64,000 bases of DNA from an uncultured candidate division Zixibacteria bacterium (GTDB lineage Bacteria > Zixibacteria > MSB-5A5 > GN15 > FEB-12), in NCBI GenBank assembly GCA_963806185.1, contig CAWDXE010000006.1:175024-239023 (forward strand), read 5' to 3'. Under the pieces are notes generated by a model. The model was given only the letters and a program-made list of their open reading frames with translations, searched no databases and was not told the origin of the DNA. Numbering within the stretch: position 1 is the stretch's first letter; each line of letters begins with the position of its first letter. Position numbers and translations under genes: made by a program. Shown here one piece after another: positions 40,519 through 49,948 of this stretch.

Positions 40519-42729
40519 ATGCGGAATACTATGAGAATATTCATCTTTCTGCCGGTCTTCCTGCTTGTGGCGATCGTGGCTCGGGCGGAATCCAGTTTTC
40601 TCAAGGAATTTGACAATAATTACGATCTCGCGGGCATGGATTACCTCAACACCGACTGCGAGGTGGCCGACGTCAGCGATTTCACCTACCAGAAGGACAT
40701 CGCGACGTTCACTTTCACCAAAGGTCAGTTCTTCTTTGTGCGCTACCTGATGGGGCGGCCGACTACGGCATTTTTTGTCGGCGAGGGCCGCTGTGACATT
40801 GAGATTCCCAATCCGAACGAGGTGCAGTCGCTGATCTGGGCGTCGGGCAAACCGGCGGTACACGAGAAATTCCAGGTGCTGTTCATCCGTTTTGCGGACG
40901 ATCTCGACACGCAACTTCGGGAAAAATTCTCATTCCGGAAAGACAAGCTGAGCTGGCGCGACTACAACACGGTCAAGCAGGCGCAAGGGGAGTTTTTCTT
41001 CAATCCGGTCGTGATGCATGAATACGACAATTACTTTGAGCTAATGCGCTCCCTCTATGAACGGCGAGCCGATGGTTATTTCTGGGCTGACTTCAACCGG
41101 TATTCGTTCACGTTTGATCCCAATCGCCCCGAAGAGGTCATTGTGTCGTATGAAAAAGAGGGTGGCACGATCAGTCTCACCGACGGCGCCGTTCTGGCGC
41201 GCAAAGAGAAGGGAAAGACGACCAACGCCCAGTTGTCGCAGATTGCCTACCCGCTGACCACTCTGTCGCGTATCGGAACAATTGAGATGGAGGGACTGGA
41301 CGGCAAGGCGATAAAGCGCGCCGACGTTGAGATGAAGGTACTCGTGAATGCCGACAGCCTTCGGTTCGTGTCGCTGTATCTGCACCGAAATCTGGGTCTC
41401 GACTCTCTTTTCTGCAACGGTCGGCCGACAGACATACATCGGCGGGTTGACTTTTCGTTCATCGGCGCGATCCTTCCGGAATACCATAAGAAGGGTGATA
41501 CGCTGACTTTTCGTTTCGTCTACCACGGAAAGAATTACTTCTCTCCCCTGCCGTTCGTGGAGGATCCGTCGGCCGCGACGCACAACTTGACGTTCATTGT
41601 ACCCAAGGGATACAATTATATTGTGCCGGGGAGAGGCGAGATTACGATGACGGGGGACGGTCATCAGACCTTTGTCGTGGCGCCAGCGGAGCCGATGCAG
41701 ACGATTCAATTTCAGCCGATCGCGGGCGGGTATGACACCATCCCGGTGGTCACTGGTTCAGGGTTGACGCTCAATTTTCTGAAATCCTCGAATCTGTCGA
41801 AAAGTCGCAATGAACATTTTGTGGACGACGCAATTTTTCGATCGACCGTCACCAATGCGTTTGACTTCATGACGACACGACTGGGGCAACCCAACGTACT
41901 CGATCTGTATGTCTATCCCGAGGAGGTGAACAACCTGCCGGGGCTGATACCGGTGACTCAGGTCATGGAGATAATCGACGGTACATCGGGGCTGAACGGT
42001 GTCGCGGCACCGTCCGTGGCCCGCCAGTGGTTCGGCGGAATGATGCGTCCGGCGACCGACCGGGAAATCTGGCTGCTGGACGGCGCGACGGACTATCTGG
42101 GTCTGATGTCGCTGACGTCGACGATGGACGGCGGGATGTTCTTCGGGGAATTGCAGCGCCGGCGGAACGAATTATTTACCGAACTCGGCATGCAGCACGA
42201 CATGCCGCTGGCGGACGGTCGCAGGACCAGTTCACTCATCCGCACGATCAAGGGGTGCTGGCTGATGCACCAACTTCGCTACCTGATGTACGACACCGAC
42301 AAACAATCGGATCGTAAGTTCATACTATTTCTGCGCGACCTGCTGACCATGGTGAACACACGCGAATACACCAATGACGATATCCAGAAGCTGGCCGAAC
42401 AGCACTACGGCAGTTCACTGGACTGGTTTTTCAACCAGTGGTTGTACGGCATCGGTCTGCCGGAATGCGATGTCACGTACACCATGGGTCAGAGTGAGAC
42501 CGGCAGCGTAGTCAATGTCGAGGTGAACACAAAGAAGGTCGGCGCCGATTTCGCCGCACCCGTGATGATGCGGGTGGCGTTGGCCGACGGAACCTCGGTA
42601 TACGCGCGACAGACAATCAAGCCGGGACAGACAACGTTCCAACTGGGACCGTACGCCTCAGCCCCCACGGAGTTCGTGTACAACGAGTTCTTCAGCCTGC
42701 TGGCCAAGGACAATGTGAAGAAGAAATAG
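40519..42729 (+). CDS. Secreted M1 aminopeptidase-like protein lacking HEXXH
   Basis: Signal peptide; M1-like blocks QWFG, WLLDG, KG.WLMHQLR, LDWFFNQWLYGIGLP; PSVAR in place of HExxH. Confidence 0.75.
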   Translation: MRNTMRIFIFLPVFLLVAIVARAESSFLKEFDNNYDLAGMDYLNTDCEVADVSDFTYQKDIATFTFTKGQFFFVRYLMGRPTTAFFVGEGRCDIEIPNPNEVQSLIWASGKPAVHEKFQVLFIRFADDLDTQLREKFSFRKDKLSWRDYNTVKQAQGEFFFNPVVMHEYDNYFELMRSLYERRADGYFWADFNRYSFTFDPNRPEEVIVSYEKEGGTISLTDGAVLARKEKGKTTNAQLSQIAYPLTTLSRIGTIEMEGLDGKAIKRADVEMKVLVNADSLRFVSLYLHRNLGLDSLFCNGRPTDIHRRVDFSFIGAILPEYHKKGDTLTFRFVYHGKNYFSPLPFVEDPSAATHNLTFIVPKGYNYIVPGRGEITMTGDGHQTFVVAPAEPMQTIQFQPIAGGYDTIPVVTGSGLTLNFLKSSNLSKSRNEHFVDDAIFRSTVTNAFDFMTTRLGQPNVLDLYVYPEEVNNLPGLIPVTQVMEIIDGTSGLNGVAAPSVARQWFGGMMRPATDREIWLLDGATDYLGLMSLTSTMDGGMFFGELQRRRNELFTELGMQHDMPLADGRRTSSLIRTIKGCWLMHQLRYLMYDTDKQSDRKFILFLRDLLTMVNTREYTNDDIQKLAEQHYGSSLDWFFNQWLYGIGLPECDVTYTMGQSETGSVVNVEVNTKKVGADFAAPVMMRVALADGTSVYARQTIKPGQTTFQLGPYASAPTEFVYNEFFSLLAKDNVKKK

Positions 42730-42747
42730 GCGTTCCCAATGACTGGC

Positions 42748-42778
42748 AAAACGGCGGCCGATTGGCCGTCGTTTTTTT
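42748..42778 (+). terminator. Rho-independent terminator
   Basis: AAAACGGCGGCC-GATT-GGCCGTCG followed by T7. Confidence 0.8.
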
Positions 42779-42897
42779 GGACTCCGGGCAGCGGATTCGC
42801 CGTCGGTCGGCCGGTGGCGGGGTTGGCGGCTGATGGTGTATTGGCGCGTTTGGGCCTACTTTCCTTACTTCAGCGGGTTGACGCCGTCCGGGTTTTC

Positions 42898-42927
42898 TTG
42901 ACATTGTCGTAAACAGCCACGTAGATT
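42898..42927 (+). promoter_or_regulatory. sigma70-type promoter of lemA operon
   Basis: TTGACA-18 bp-TAGATT. Confidence 0.5.
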
Positions 42928-43025
42928 ACACCTACTATTAAGAAACAGCAGTAACCGATTTGGGTGAACATTCCGCGGTAATACGCGTATGTTGTGCGGG
43001 GTGTACCCCTGAAAGGAGAAAAGAA

Positions 43026-43640
43026 GTGAAGGTTTTCGGAATCATCTTACTGGTCTTGTTGGTGGTTGTACTCGGCGTGTTCGGCTGGATCTGGTCGGGC
43101 CGTGGAGGGTTGATCGAACGCTCGCAGGCGGTTGATGCTCAATGGTCGCAGGTGGAGAACGTGTATCAGCGTCGCTTTGACCTGGTGCCCAACCTGGTGG
43201 CCAGTGTCGACAACTTCATGCAGCGCCAGCAGTCGACTCTCACCGAGGTGATTGCAATGCGCCAGCGCGTGATCGATCTTAACGCTCAAGCAACTGATGC
43301 GTTGAAGAGCGGCTCGCCGGGCGTGCTCGATTCGATTTCCGGCGCGCTGTCACGCCAGCTCAACTCGTTTATCAACGTCGTGGTAGAGCGGTACCCGGAA
43401 ATCAAAGGGGACAATCTGTACAGCGACCTGATGACCCAGCTCGAAGGATCGGAAAACCGGATCGCGCAGGAACGGCGGACCTACAATGACGTCGTGCGCG
43501 AATACAACGTCTATCGTCAGCGCGGCCTCAAAGCGCTGGCGGCCGGCTCCATCTTCGGCTTCCCCTATGAGCGCGAGTTCTTCAAGGCGCAGGCGGGAGC
43601 TGAGACGGCGCCGAATGTCAAAGACATGTTCAACAAGTAA
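43026..43640 (+). CDS. lemA: LemA family protein
   Basis: GTG 43026 after AAAGGAG; WSQVENVYQRRFDLVPNLV, ERYPEIK, QLEGSENRIAQERRTYN. Confidence 0.93.
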   Translation: MKVFGIILLVLLVVVLGVFGWIWSGRGGLIERSQAVDAQWSQVENVYQRRFDLVPNLVASVDNFMQRQQSTLTEVIAMRQRVIDLNAQATDALKSGSPGVLDSISGALSRQLNSFINVVVERYPEIKGDNLYSDLMTQLEGSENRIAQERRTYNDVVREYNVYRQRGLKALAAGSIFGFPYEREFFKAQAGAETAPNVKDMFNK

Positions 43641-43655
43641 CCGGGACCACACTCA

Positions 43656-44401
43656 TTGAAGATTATCAAATTTATCATTTGCGCTGTGCTGCTGACCTTC
43701 GGGTCGGCAGCACTGGCGTTGCCGGTTCCCGGTTATAACTCACCCGTCACCGATCAGGCCGGCATTCTTTCGTCGTCGGCCCGACAGCAGATTGAACAGA
43801 AGATTCTCGCCTACCGCGATGCGTCGAATAACCAGATCGGCGTGCTCATCATCAAGTCGCTCGACGGCGAGCCGATCGAGGATTTCGCTCACGACGTATA
43901 CGTGAAATGGGGTATCGGCGAAAAGGGAAAGGACAACGGCGTCCTCTTCCTCATGTCGATCGACGATCGCCAGACTCGTCTGGAAGTCGGGTACGGACTC
44001 GAAGGAGAGCTGACCGATCTGGAGAGCGGCCGTCTGATCGGGCGGCAGTCGGTCATGGCCGACAATTTCGGGCGGGTGACTTTGACGCCGGGGTGACCGC
44101 GGTGGTCGACGGCATTATCACTGCCATCGGCGGAGAATACCAGATTCCCAAGGACAAGCTGAAGAAGAGCAAAGAGCACAAGCCCATTGGTGTGATCATC
44201 TTCTTCATCATTCTGGCCGTCTTCATGTTCATCTCACGCGTCGGTCGTTATGGCTCCGGCATCGGTCGATGGGGTGGCTTCGGCGGACCGTTCGGCGGAG
44301 CCGGTTTTGGTTCCTTCGGCGGCAGTGGCGGCGGCGGGGGTGGTGGTTTCAGCTTTGGCGGCGGATCATCGGGCGGCGGCGGCGCCAGTGGAGGGTGGTG
44401 A
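43656..44401 (+). CDS. TPM-domain (YgcG-like) protein with Gly-rich tail; frameshift at ~44067
   Basis: VTDQAGIL, WGIGEKGKDNGVL, LEVGYGLEG; C-term FGGGSSGGGGASGGW in the other frame. Confidence 0.88.
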
Positions 44402-44404
44402 GAT

Positions 44405-45037
44405 ATGGCTTCATTGGTTGACAAATATTTTTCAAAGGCCGACTTCGACGCCATATCGTCGGCGGTGGTCGCGGCCGAACACCGAACCTCCGGCGAACTG
44501 GCGATCAAGCTGGCCTCGCATACGCGCGAATGGCTGACCGAGCGGCTGATCTATTCGTCGGTGCTGGCGATCCTGTGCCTGTCCGTTGCGCTGGTGCTCA
44601 CGCGTGAGCAAAACTGGGGCCTGTATTACAATTTCAGCCAGGCTCTCATCGGCGGCATCATCGGCTTTGCCGTCGGTTTCTTTGTCTTGCCGCTCTGGCT
44701 GCAAAATGAAACACGGCGGCGGCAAGCGGTCTGGAACCGGGCGGTCTTTGAGTTCTCTCGTCTGACACCGACCAAAGGGCATACCGGCGTGCTGATTCTC
44801 GTCTCGATGGAAGAGCGTCAGGCAGCGATTGTCGCTGACCGGAAGATTGCCGAAAAGCTCCCCCCCGACTACTGGGACAAGCCACATGCAATGATTATGG
44901 AGGGGATCGGCAAGAGCGAGCATGCTGAGGGAATCATTGCGGCCCTGGACGAAATCGGCAAACGTATGGCGGAGTTTTTCCCGCGCGCCGATGATGATGT
45001 GAACGAGATTCCCGATCGGCCGGAAGTGATAAAGTGA
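44405..45037 (+). CDS. TPM-domain membrane protein (lemA operon)
   Basis: AEHRTSGE, TGVLI, IVADRKI, FFPRADDDVNEIPD. Confidence 0.85.
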   Translation: MASLVDKYFSKADFDAISSAVVAAEHRTSGELAIKLASHTREWLTERLIYSSVLAILCLSVALVLTREQNWGLYYNFSQALIGGIIGFAVGFFVLPLWLQNETRRRQAVWNRAVFEFSRLTPTKGHTGVLILVSMEERQAAIVADRKIAEKLPPDYWDKPHAMIMEGIGKSEHAEGIIAALDEIGKRMAEFFPRADDDVNEIPDRPEVIK

Positions 45038-45204
45038 GTTGCTTCCAATCTCCGTTCGAGTCGGTGCGGTTTTTGTGCGGTCAGGCCGAATGGCCTGGCC
45101 GCTATTTTTTTGGGGTAAGAGTCATTTACCTTTGGACGAAATCTTGGCACTCGTGACCTGCATGTCAGGCTTCTTGATCAATTGGAAATAGAAGCCTGAC
45201 CTAC

Positions 45205-45285
45205 TCCGTACCCCACCGATTTACGGTGGGGTATCTTCTATGGGGGGGGATTCCCGAATACCTCACCGCATAGACGGTGAGGTAC
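45205..45285. repeat. REPIN-like element (two inverted GTAC-hairpin units); copy at 52881..52962
   Basis: GTACCCCACCGATTTACGGTGGGG ... CCTCACCGCATAGACGGTGAGGTAC in both copies. Confidence 0.8.
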
Positions 45286-45583
45286 AAACATCAGCGCAGT
45301 CGACCGCTTTCTTGCTCTCACCCTTCCGCACCCCCGACCAATACCACCAGTTGCACTTCTCTTTGGGGAGTTTTGGATTCTTCGCCTGTGCCACCGCCGC
45401 CCGGAAAACGTCGAGCACGCAGATATCCTGTTTCTGTCCGGTAAGACGGTTGAGCCGGGCGTAGAGATGGTCGGGGTTCTTGCGCGCGAGTTGGGCGACA
45501 CTGGTGACGCCCAGTCTCTCGAAATCGCCAAGCATTGCTTTGCCGATGCCGCAGAGATCGGCCAGTGTGCGATCATCTTTCAT
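45263..45583 (-). CDS. Helix-hairpin-helix 'pathogenicity locus'/Cdd1-like small protein
   Basis: L.GIGKAM..DFERLGV..VAQLA..NP..LY.RL...QDICVLDVFRAAV...WWYWS. Confidence 0.75.
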   Translation of the reverse strand: MKDDRTLADLCGIGKAMLGDFERLGVTSVAQLARKNPDHLYARLNRLTGQKQDICVLDVFRAAVAQAKNPKLPKEKCNWWYWSGVRKGESKKAVDCADVCTSPSMR

Positions 45584-45711
45584 AGGTTAGTTCTCCATCC
45601 TGTGTTTGAGCAAGGCAATATAATGGATGAGGATGCGGGAACGGATCACATGTTTATCTCGGGTTTCTCCGTGCGGCTGCACGGCACTCCGGAATCCGGC
45701 CTGCAGCCCTA

Positions 45712-46713
45712 TCATGCGTCGGCGAATTCGGAAAAATCGATGTCCACAAACGGCAGGCCGGCTTCGATTCGCTCGCGGCGACCGGCCATGAACTGCAATA
45801 TCCAGTCGTCGTCCGGAAGATTACTGACATCGAAACTTCGGTAGATCACCCCGTACAAATCGATCTCGCGAAGCGTGAGAAAGCGGGCGAGCGTCGGCAG
45901 CCACTCCGGCGCCAGTCGATTGTGCCTGCGGTACCCCTCGAGGAAAGGGGGCAGAAAGTGGCGGGTCAGCGCCGGTTTATCTTCGGCCACAGCTAAGACG
46001 TAGAACAACACAATGGCGATGTCGTTGGCGAACCAGCTGTAGGTGCAATCGTCAAAGTCAAACAGGGTGATCTTTCCCTGATCGTCGACAAAGAAATTCC
46101 CGCTGTGCGCGTCCTGATGGATCAGACCGTACGTCTCCCGCGTAATCGCCAACTTCGCGAGCGATGCCAACAGATCGCGAAACCGTTCCCGAACAACCAC
46201 TTGGTCGGGCGGCAGAAAATGAATTATATCCAGCATCGCCGGATCATTCCAGTGGCCGCGTCGCCACTCGGGGCGTGAGGGCTCGTACTCCTTGGTGAGC
46301 GCGTGCATCCGACCGATGAGCTCGCCGTAGGTGGTAAGGAAGGCGGGTGTCCAGTGCTCCCGTTTCAGCCTCTCCCCCTTTGCCCTTTCAAAAGCAGTCG
46401 CAAGGAACTGGCCACCGTGGCCGTCGTCAATCGCCTCAACCAGTTCACCATCATCAGACTCGATCGCCCGGGCCACGCCGACTCCATGGGCATGCAGGTA
46501 GTTGAGCCAGTCGACCTCGCTGTTGATCAGCGCCCTGGTGCGCCGAATGCTGTGCGCGAGGCGGAGGATATACCCCCGGGACTGGCGGTCAAACTCATAT
46601 ATAAAGCTCTCGAACCCGTCGAGGAGCCGGATCGCCTCCGACCGGATGCTGTAGCGCCGCATGGCCTGGGCCAGAATTTCGTCGGTAAATCGTTCTTTAA
46701 TGCGATGTTCCAT
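45712..46713 (-). CDS. Phosphotransferase (APH/homoserine kinase type II fold)
   Basis: GLIHQDAHSGN, LFDFDD, WFANDIA. Confidence 0.88.
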   Translation of the reverse strand: MEHRIKERFTDEILAQAMRRYSIRSEAIRLLDGFESFIYEFDRQSRGYILRLAHSIRRTRALINSEVDWLNYLHAHGVGVARAIESDDGELVEAIDDGHGGQFLATAFERAKGERLKREHWTPAFLTTYGELIGRMHALTKEYEPSRPEWRRGHWNDPAMLDIIHFLPPDQVVVRERFRDLLASLAKLAITRETYGLIHQDAHSGNFFVDDQGKITLFDFDDCTYSWFANDIAIVLFYVLAVAEDKPALTRHFLPPFLEGYRRHNRLAPEWLPTLARFLTLREIDLYGVIYRSFDVSNLPDDDWILQFMAGRRERIEAGLPFVDIDFSEFADA

Positions 46714-46826
46714 AACTACTTTTCAAATTCCGCTTGGCTCAATATAGTCAACGACTTGCGTCGATGGCGAGCCAAATAATCGACTGGTCTTGCGGGGGGG
46801 GCGGTCGATGCACGTGCTGATTAATG

Positions 46827-46855
46827 TTGACACGTTTGCCCGCTCTCCCTAATTT
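46827..46855 (+). promoter_or_regulatory. sigma70-type promoter of RiPP cluster 2
   Basis: TTGACA-17 bp-TAATTT, ~190 nt upstream of the precursor ATG. Confidence 0.6.
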
Positions 46856-47044
46856 AGAAAAAGTAACAACCATCATGTCACCGAGCACACGTGACTGAAT
46901 TTGTGACGAGTTCTTCTTATTCATTTCGGCAGTCAGATCCCGGACTAACGGGATGTTCGGCGAAGGTATCTTCGCCTGGGCATGTTGTTGCCTGGGTTGA
47001 CGGCATAGTAACTAACTGTTAAAACCCCTGAAAGGAGAGGCGAG

Positions 47045-47146
47045 ATGAAACTCATCAGACTACCAGGGATCGACCCGATCGAGAAGCCCCATTACATCAT
47101 CTGCAGCATTAATGGGCCGTACAAGATTATCTGCTCGAAATACTAG
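47045..47146 (+). CDS. 33-aa RiPP precursor MKLIRLPGIDPIEKPHYIICSINGPYKIICSKY
   Basis: Manual translation; AAAGGAGAGG RBS; repeated P-x-x-IICS; directly upstream of two rSAM genes. Confidence 0.85.
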   Translation: MKLIRLPGIDPIEKPHYIICSINGPYKIICSKY

Positions 47147-47170
47147 CAGGTAGTTTTGTCAAGTTGACGC

Positions 47171-47200
47171 TGTGCGCCGGCAGTTGACTGTCGGCGCATA
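47171..47200 (+). promoter_or_regulatory. Stem-loop after precursor gene (mRNA stabiliser/attenuator-like)
   Basis: TGTGCGCCGGCAG..CTGTCGGCGCATA stem with two G-U pairs, no U tract. Confidence 0.55.
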
Positions 47201-47255
47201 TGCTAATCCCAGTGCCGGTTCGGGCGCCGCACGAAATACTTCCCTCGGGGCTAAT

Positions 47256-48593
47256 ATGAAACCTTCGCCGTTTAACCACTTCTTTTCGATCAGTGCCGGC
47301 CGGACAATTCTGGCCTATAATGCCTTCTCTGGCGCCTTAGCCGAAATTGAAAGCGAAAATTATGACCGCGTCGTCCACCTGCTCAATCATCCCGATCAGG
47401 CGCAGTCGGCGCAGGATCAGGAATACCTTGAGTATCTCAAACAGGGCGGCTTCCTCATCGCCGATCCGGTCGACCAAATCACGGCTCTCCAAATGCACGG
47501 ACGGGCGGTCCGGAACCAATCCGCCGCGCTAACCCTGACAATCGCTCCGACACTCGCGTGCAATTTTGACTGCGACTACTGCTTCGAGTCCCGGTCAAAC
47601 GTGCGGATGTCGGAGGAAACGCAGGCGGCCCTCATTCGGTTCACCGATTACCAGCTCCGGCGGGCCGATGCCCTCCGCGTCTGCTGGTTCGGCGGCGAAC
47701 CGACCCTCTGCTTTTCAATGATTGAGAAGATGCAGACGCAGCTTCTCGAACTGGCGGCCAAGTGGCGGACCGAAGTCGTTCCGGGACGGATCATTTCCAA
47801 CGGGTACCTTCTGGACGCCGCCATGGCGACCCGCCTCAAAGAACTGCTGATTACCGATGCGCAGATCACGCTGGACGGTCCTGAGACGGTGCACGACGGT
47901 CGACGCAAATTGCGGAACGGCAAAGGGAGTTTTGCCCGCATTATCGAGAACCTGCAGGCGACCGTCGACACGCTGTCGATCACCATTCGCGTCAACATCG
48001 ATCGCGGCAATGTCGACTCGGCGTGGGAGGTGGTCGAGTATCTCCACAAACTGGGTATTCTGCCCAAGGTGCGGCTGACGTTCGCCCAGGTGCAATCGAC
48101 CGGCGCGGCCTGCTCCAATATCCGCGATCGCTGTTATGATACGGAGGATTTCGCGCGCTCAGTGGTCATGCTGTACCAGCGCCTGATGGCGGCAGGGATC
48201 GGACGGGTTGATTATCCGCGTGCGCTCGGCGGTGTGGCGTGCGGAGCGGTGGCCGGCGGCCAGTATGTCATCTCACCAGTCGGACAACTCTTCCGCTGCT
48301 GGGAGGATTTGTCGATGGACGGCCGCCGCTCGATCGGCGATATCTTCTCGACGGAAACCACCGACCAGCAGAAGGCGGTCGCCGCGGCATACCATTCGTG
48401 GGATCCGGTCAACCTCTCGGAATGCAAATCGTGCAATGTCCTTCCGATTTGTCTCGGCGGCTGTCCGCTGCACGCGATGGAGACGGCCAGCACCACCTGC
48501 GGCCTCTGCTCGGCATGGAAATACAATCTCGGCGACATGCTCCACATGGCCTACACGGCCGATGTCGCGACGGCCCAGGAGCAAAGCCGATGA
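47256..48593 (+). CDS. Radical SAM/SPASM peptide maturase, paralog of 35470..36810
   Basis: Start MKPSPFN..LAYNAFSGA; CNFDCDYC; WFGGEP; CSNIRDRC; CKSCNVLPICLGGCP; CSAWKYNL. Confidence 0.88.
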   Translation: MKPSPFNHFFSISAGRTILAYNAFSGALAEIESENYDRVVHLLNHPDQAQSAQDQEYLEYLKQGGFLIADPVDQITALQMHGRAVRNQSAALTLTIAPTLACNFDCDYCFESRSNVRMSEETQAALIRFTDYQLRRADALRVCWFGGEPTLCFSMIEKMQTQLLELAAKWRTEVVPGRIISNGYLLDAAMATRLKELLITDAQITLDGPETVHDGRRKLRNGKGSFARIIENLQATVDTLSITIRVNIDRGNVDSAWEVVEYLHKLGILPKVRLTFAQVQSTGAACSNIRDRCYDTEDFARSVVMLYQRLMAAGIGRVDYPRALGGVACGAVAGGQYVISPVGQLFRCWEDLSMDGRRSIGDIFSTETTDQQKAVAAAYHSWDPVNLSECKSCNVLPICLGGCPLHAMETASTTCGLCSAWKYNLGDMLHMAYTADVATAQEQSR

Positions 48594-49618
48594 ACACAAC
48601 GGAGCGAGCACCGAAAGTCATCGGCTGGGAGATCACCCGCTGGTGCAATCTCACCTGCCCACATTGCTACAGCGCCGCCGCAAAACGGCCGCACGACGAG
48701 TTGACCACCGATGAATGCAAACGGGCGATCGACGCCATGGCGCGAATAGGCGTCGGCACGATTGGCTGGACCGGCGGGGAACCGCTCTTGCGCGAGGATC
48801 TCGAAGAACTGACCGCGTATGCGTCGGCCCAAGGAGTGAAGGCAAATATCACGACCAATGCCGTCCTGCTGGATGAACGTCGCGCGCTCAGTCTGCTCGA
48901 GGCCGGTAATCGGGCGATTCAGATCAGTCTCGACGGCTCAAACCCGGCGATGAGTTACCGGACCCGCCGCACGACCGAAGAGGAATTCCATCGCATCATT
49001 GAGGCCATACGGATTTGTAAGAAGCTGAATATCCGCACGCATCTGGCGACCCTTATCGGCCAGGAGACGCTTGATGATGTCCGCGAGATGGTCAAGCTCG
49101 CCAAACGTGAGGGGGTTGATGCTATCCGATTCTGCGGTTTTACTCCGTCGGGACGAGGGAAACGCAAAGAGGTGAAGGACCGCCTGCAGTTCACTGAAGA
49201 ACTGGACGGGTTGCTTGAGTTCATCCATGAAACGCTGGCGGACACGTCCATCACGATGATGTTCGACGTAAGTTTCGGCCCAGTGCCGCCCGATTACAGT
49301 TTTCATAAATGTGTCGCCGGGATGGAGACATTCTATCTGAAATCCAACGGCGACGTCTTCCCCTGTACGGCGCTTACGGACAAGCAGTTCAAAGTGGGGA
49401 ATATTCGGCAGACACCGCTCGAGGAAATCTGGGCGTCGGATGCGATGCAGGCGATGTCGCGCCTTCCCGACGAGCGCATTCACGGTCATTGCCGTGACTG
49501 CGAGAATCTGTCGAACTGTCACGGGGCGTGCAAGGGATCGGTGTTGGCGTTTACCGGTGACTTGAATGCGTCGTTCCCACCCTGTTTATATCAGGCGGCG
49601 AAGTGCGCGTCGCGATGA
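48590..49618 (+). CDS. Radical SAM/SPASM enzyme (PqqE/NirJ-like fold), second maturase of cluster 2
   Basis: ATGA overlap with upstream gene; WEITRWCNLTCPHC; GGEPLLRED; CVAG..NGDVFPC; CRDCENLSNCHGAC. Confidence 0.85.
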   Translation: MNTTERAPKVIGWEITRWCNLTCPHCYSAAAKRPHDELTTDECKRAIDAMARIGVGTIGWTGGEPLLREDLEELTAYASAQGVKANITTNAVLLDERRALSLLEAGNRAIQISLDGSNPAMSYRTRRTTEEEFHRIIEAIRICKKLNIRTHLATLIGQETLDDVREMVKLAKREGVDAIRFCGFTPSGRGKRKEVKDRLQFTEELDGLLEFIHETLADTSITMMFDVSFGPVPPDYSFHKCVAGMETFYLKSNGDVFPCTALTDKQFKVGNIRQTPLEEIWASDAMQAMSRLPDERIHGHCRDCENLSNCHGACKGSVLAFTGDLNASFPPCLYQAAKCASR

Positions 49619-49649
49619 CGAGAAATTCCAATTGTCGCACGTACCCCCT

Positions 49650-49755
49650 CCGGCCCTCACCCCAACCCTCTCCCGGAGGGAGAGGGGGTAAGAGGGGCAG
49701 CCGTGACGTGCGAATACGGATGGAATCCGCATATGACGTCATCGCGAGGCTCGCT
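49650..49755 (+). repeat. 106-bp REP-like composite element, copy of 34090..34195
   Basis: Sequence match to reverse complement of 34090..34195. Confidence 0.8.
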
Positions 49756-49948
49756 TTCCTCCACCTCGTCATCCTGAATCATTCCCCGAGATCGTCATCC
49801 TGAATCATTCTTATGATTCAGGATCTCAGTGTCCACAGAATTCACCTACGCGTCATCGCGAGGCTCGTTTCGAGCCGTGGCGATCTTTCAGTTCTCTTCT
49901 GTGGCCGGCGTACGTCTCGTGCGCCGGCGACGTCCCACCGGCCCTCAC

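Noticed and set aside
47172..48589. Extended N-termini of ORFs 47172 and 48239 (also 35551 and 23743)
   Set aside because: Downstream ATGs have RBS, coupling or paralog support; the extensions overlap hairpins or upstream genes
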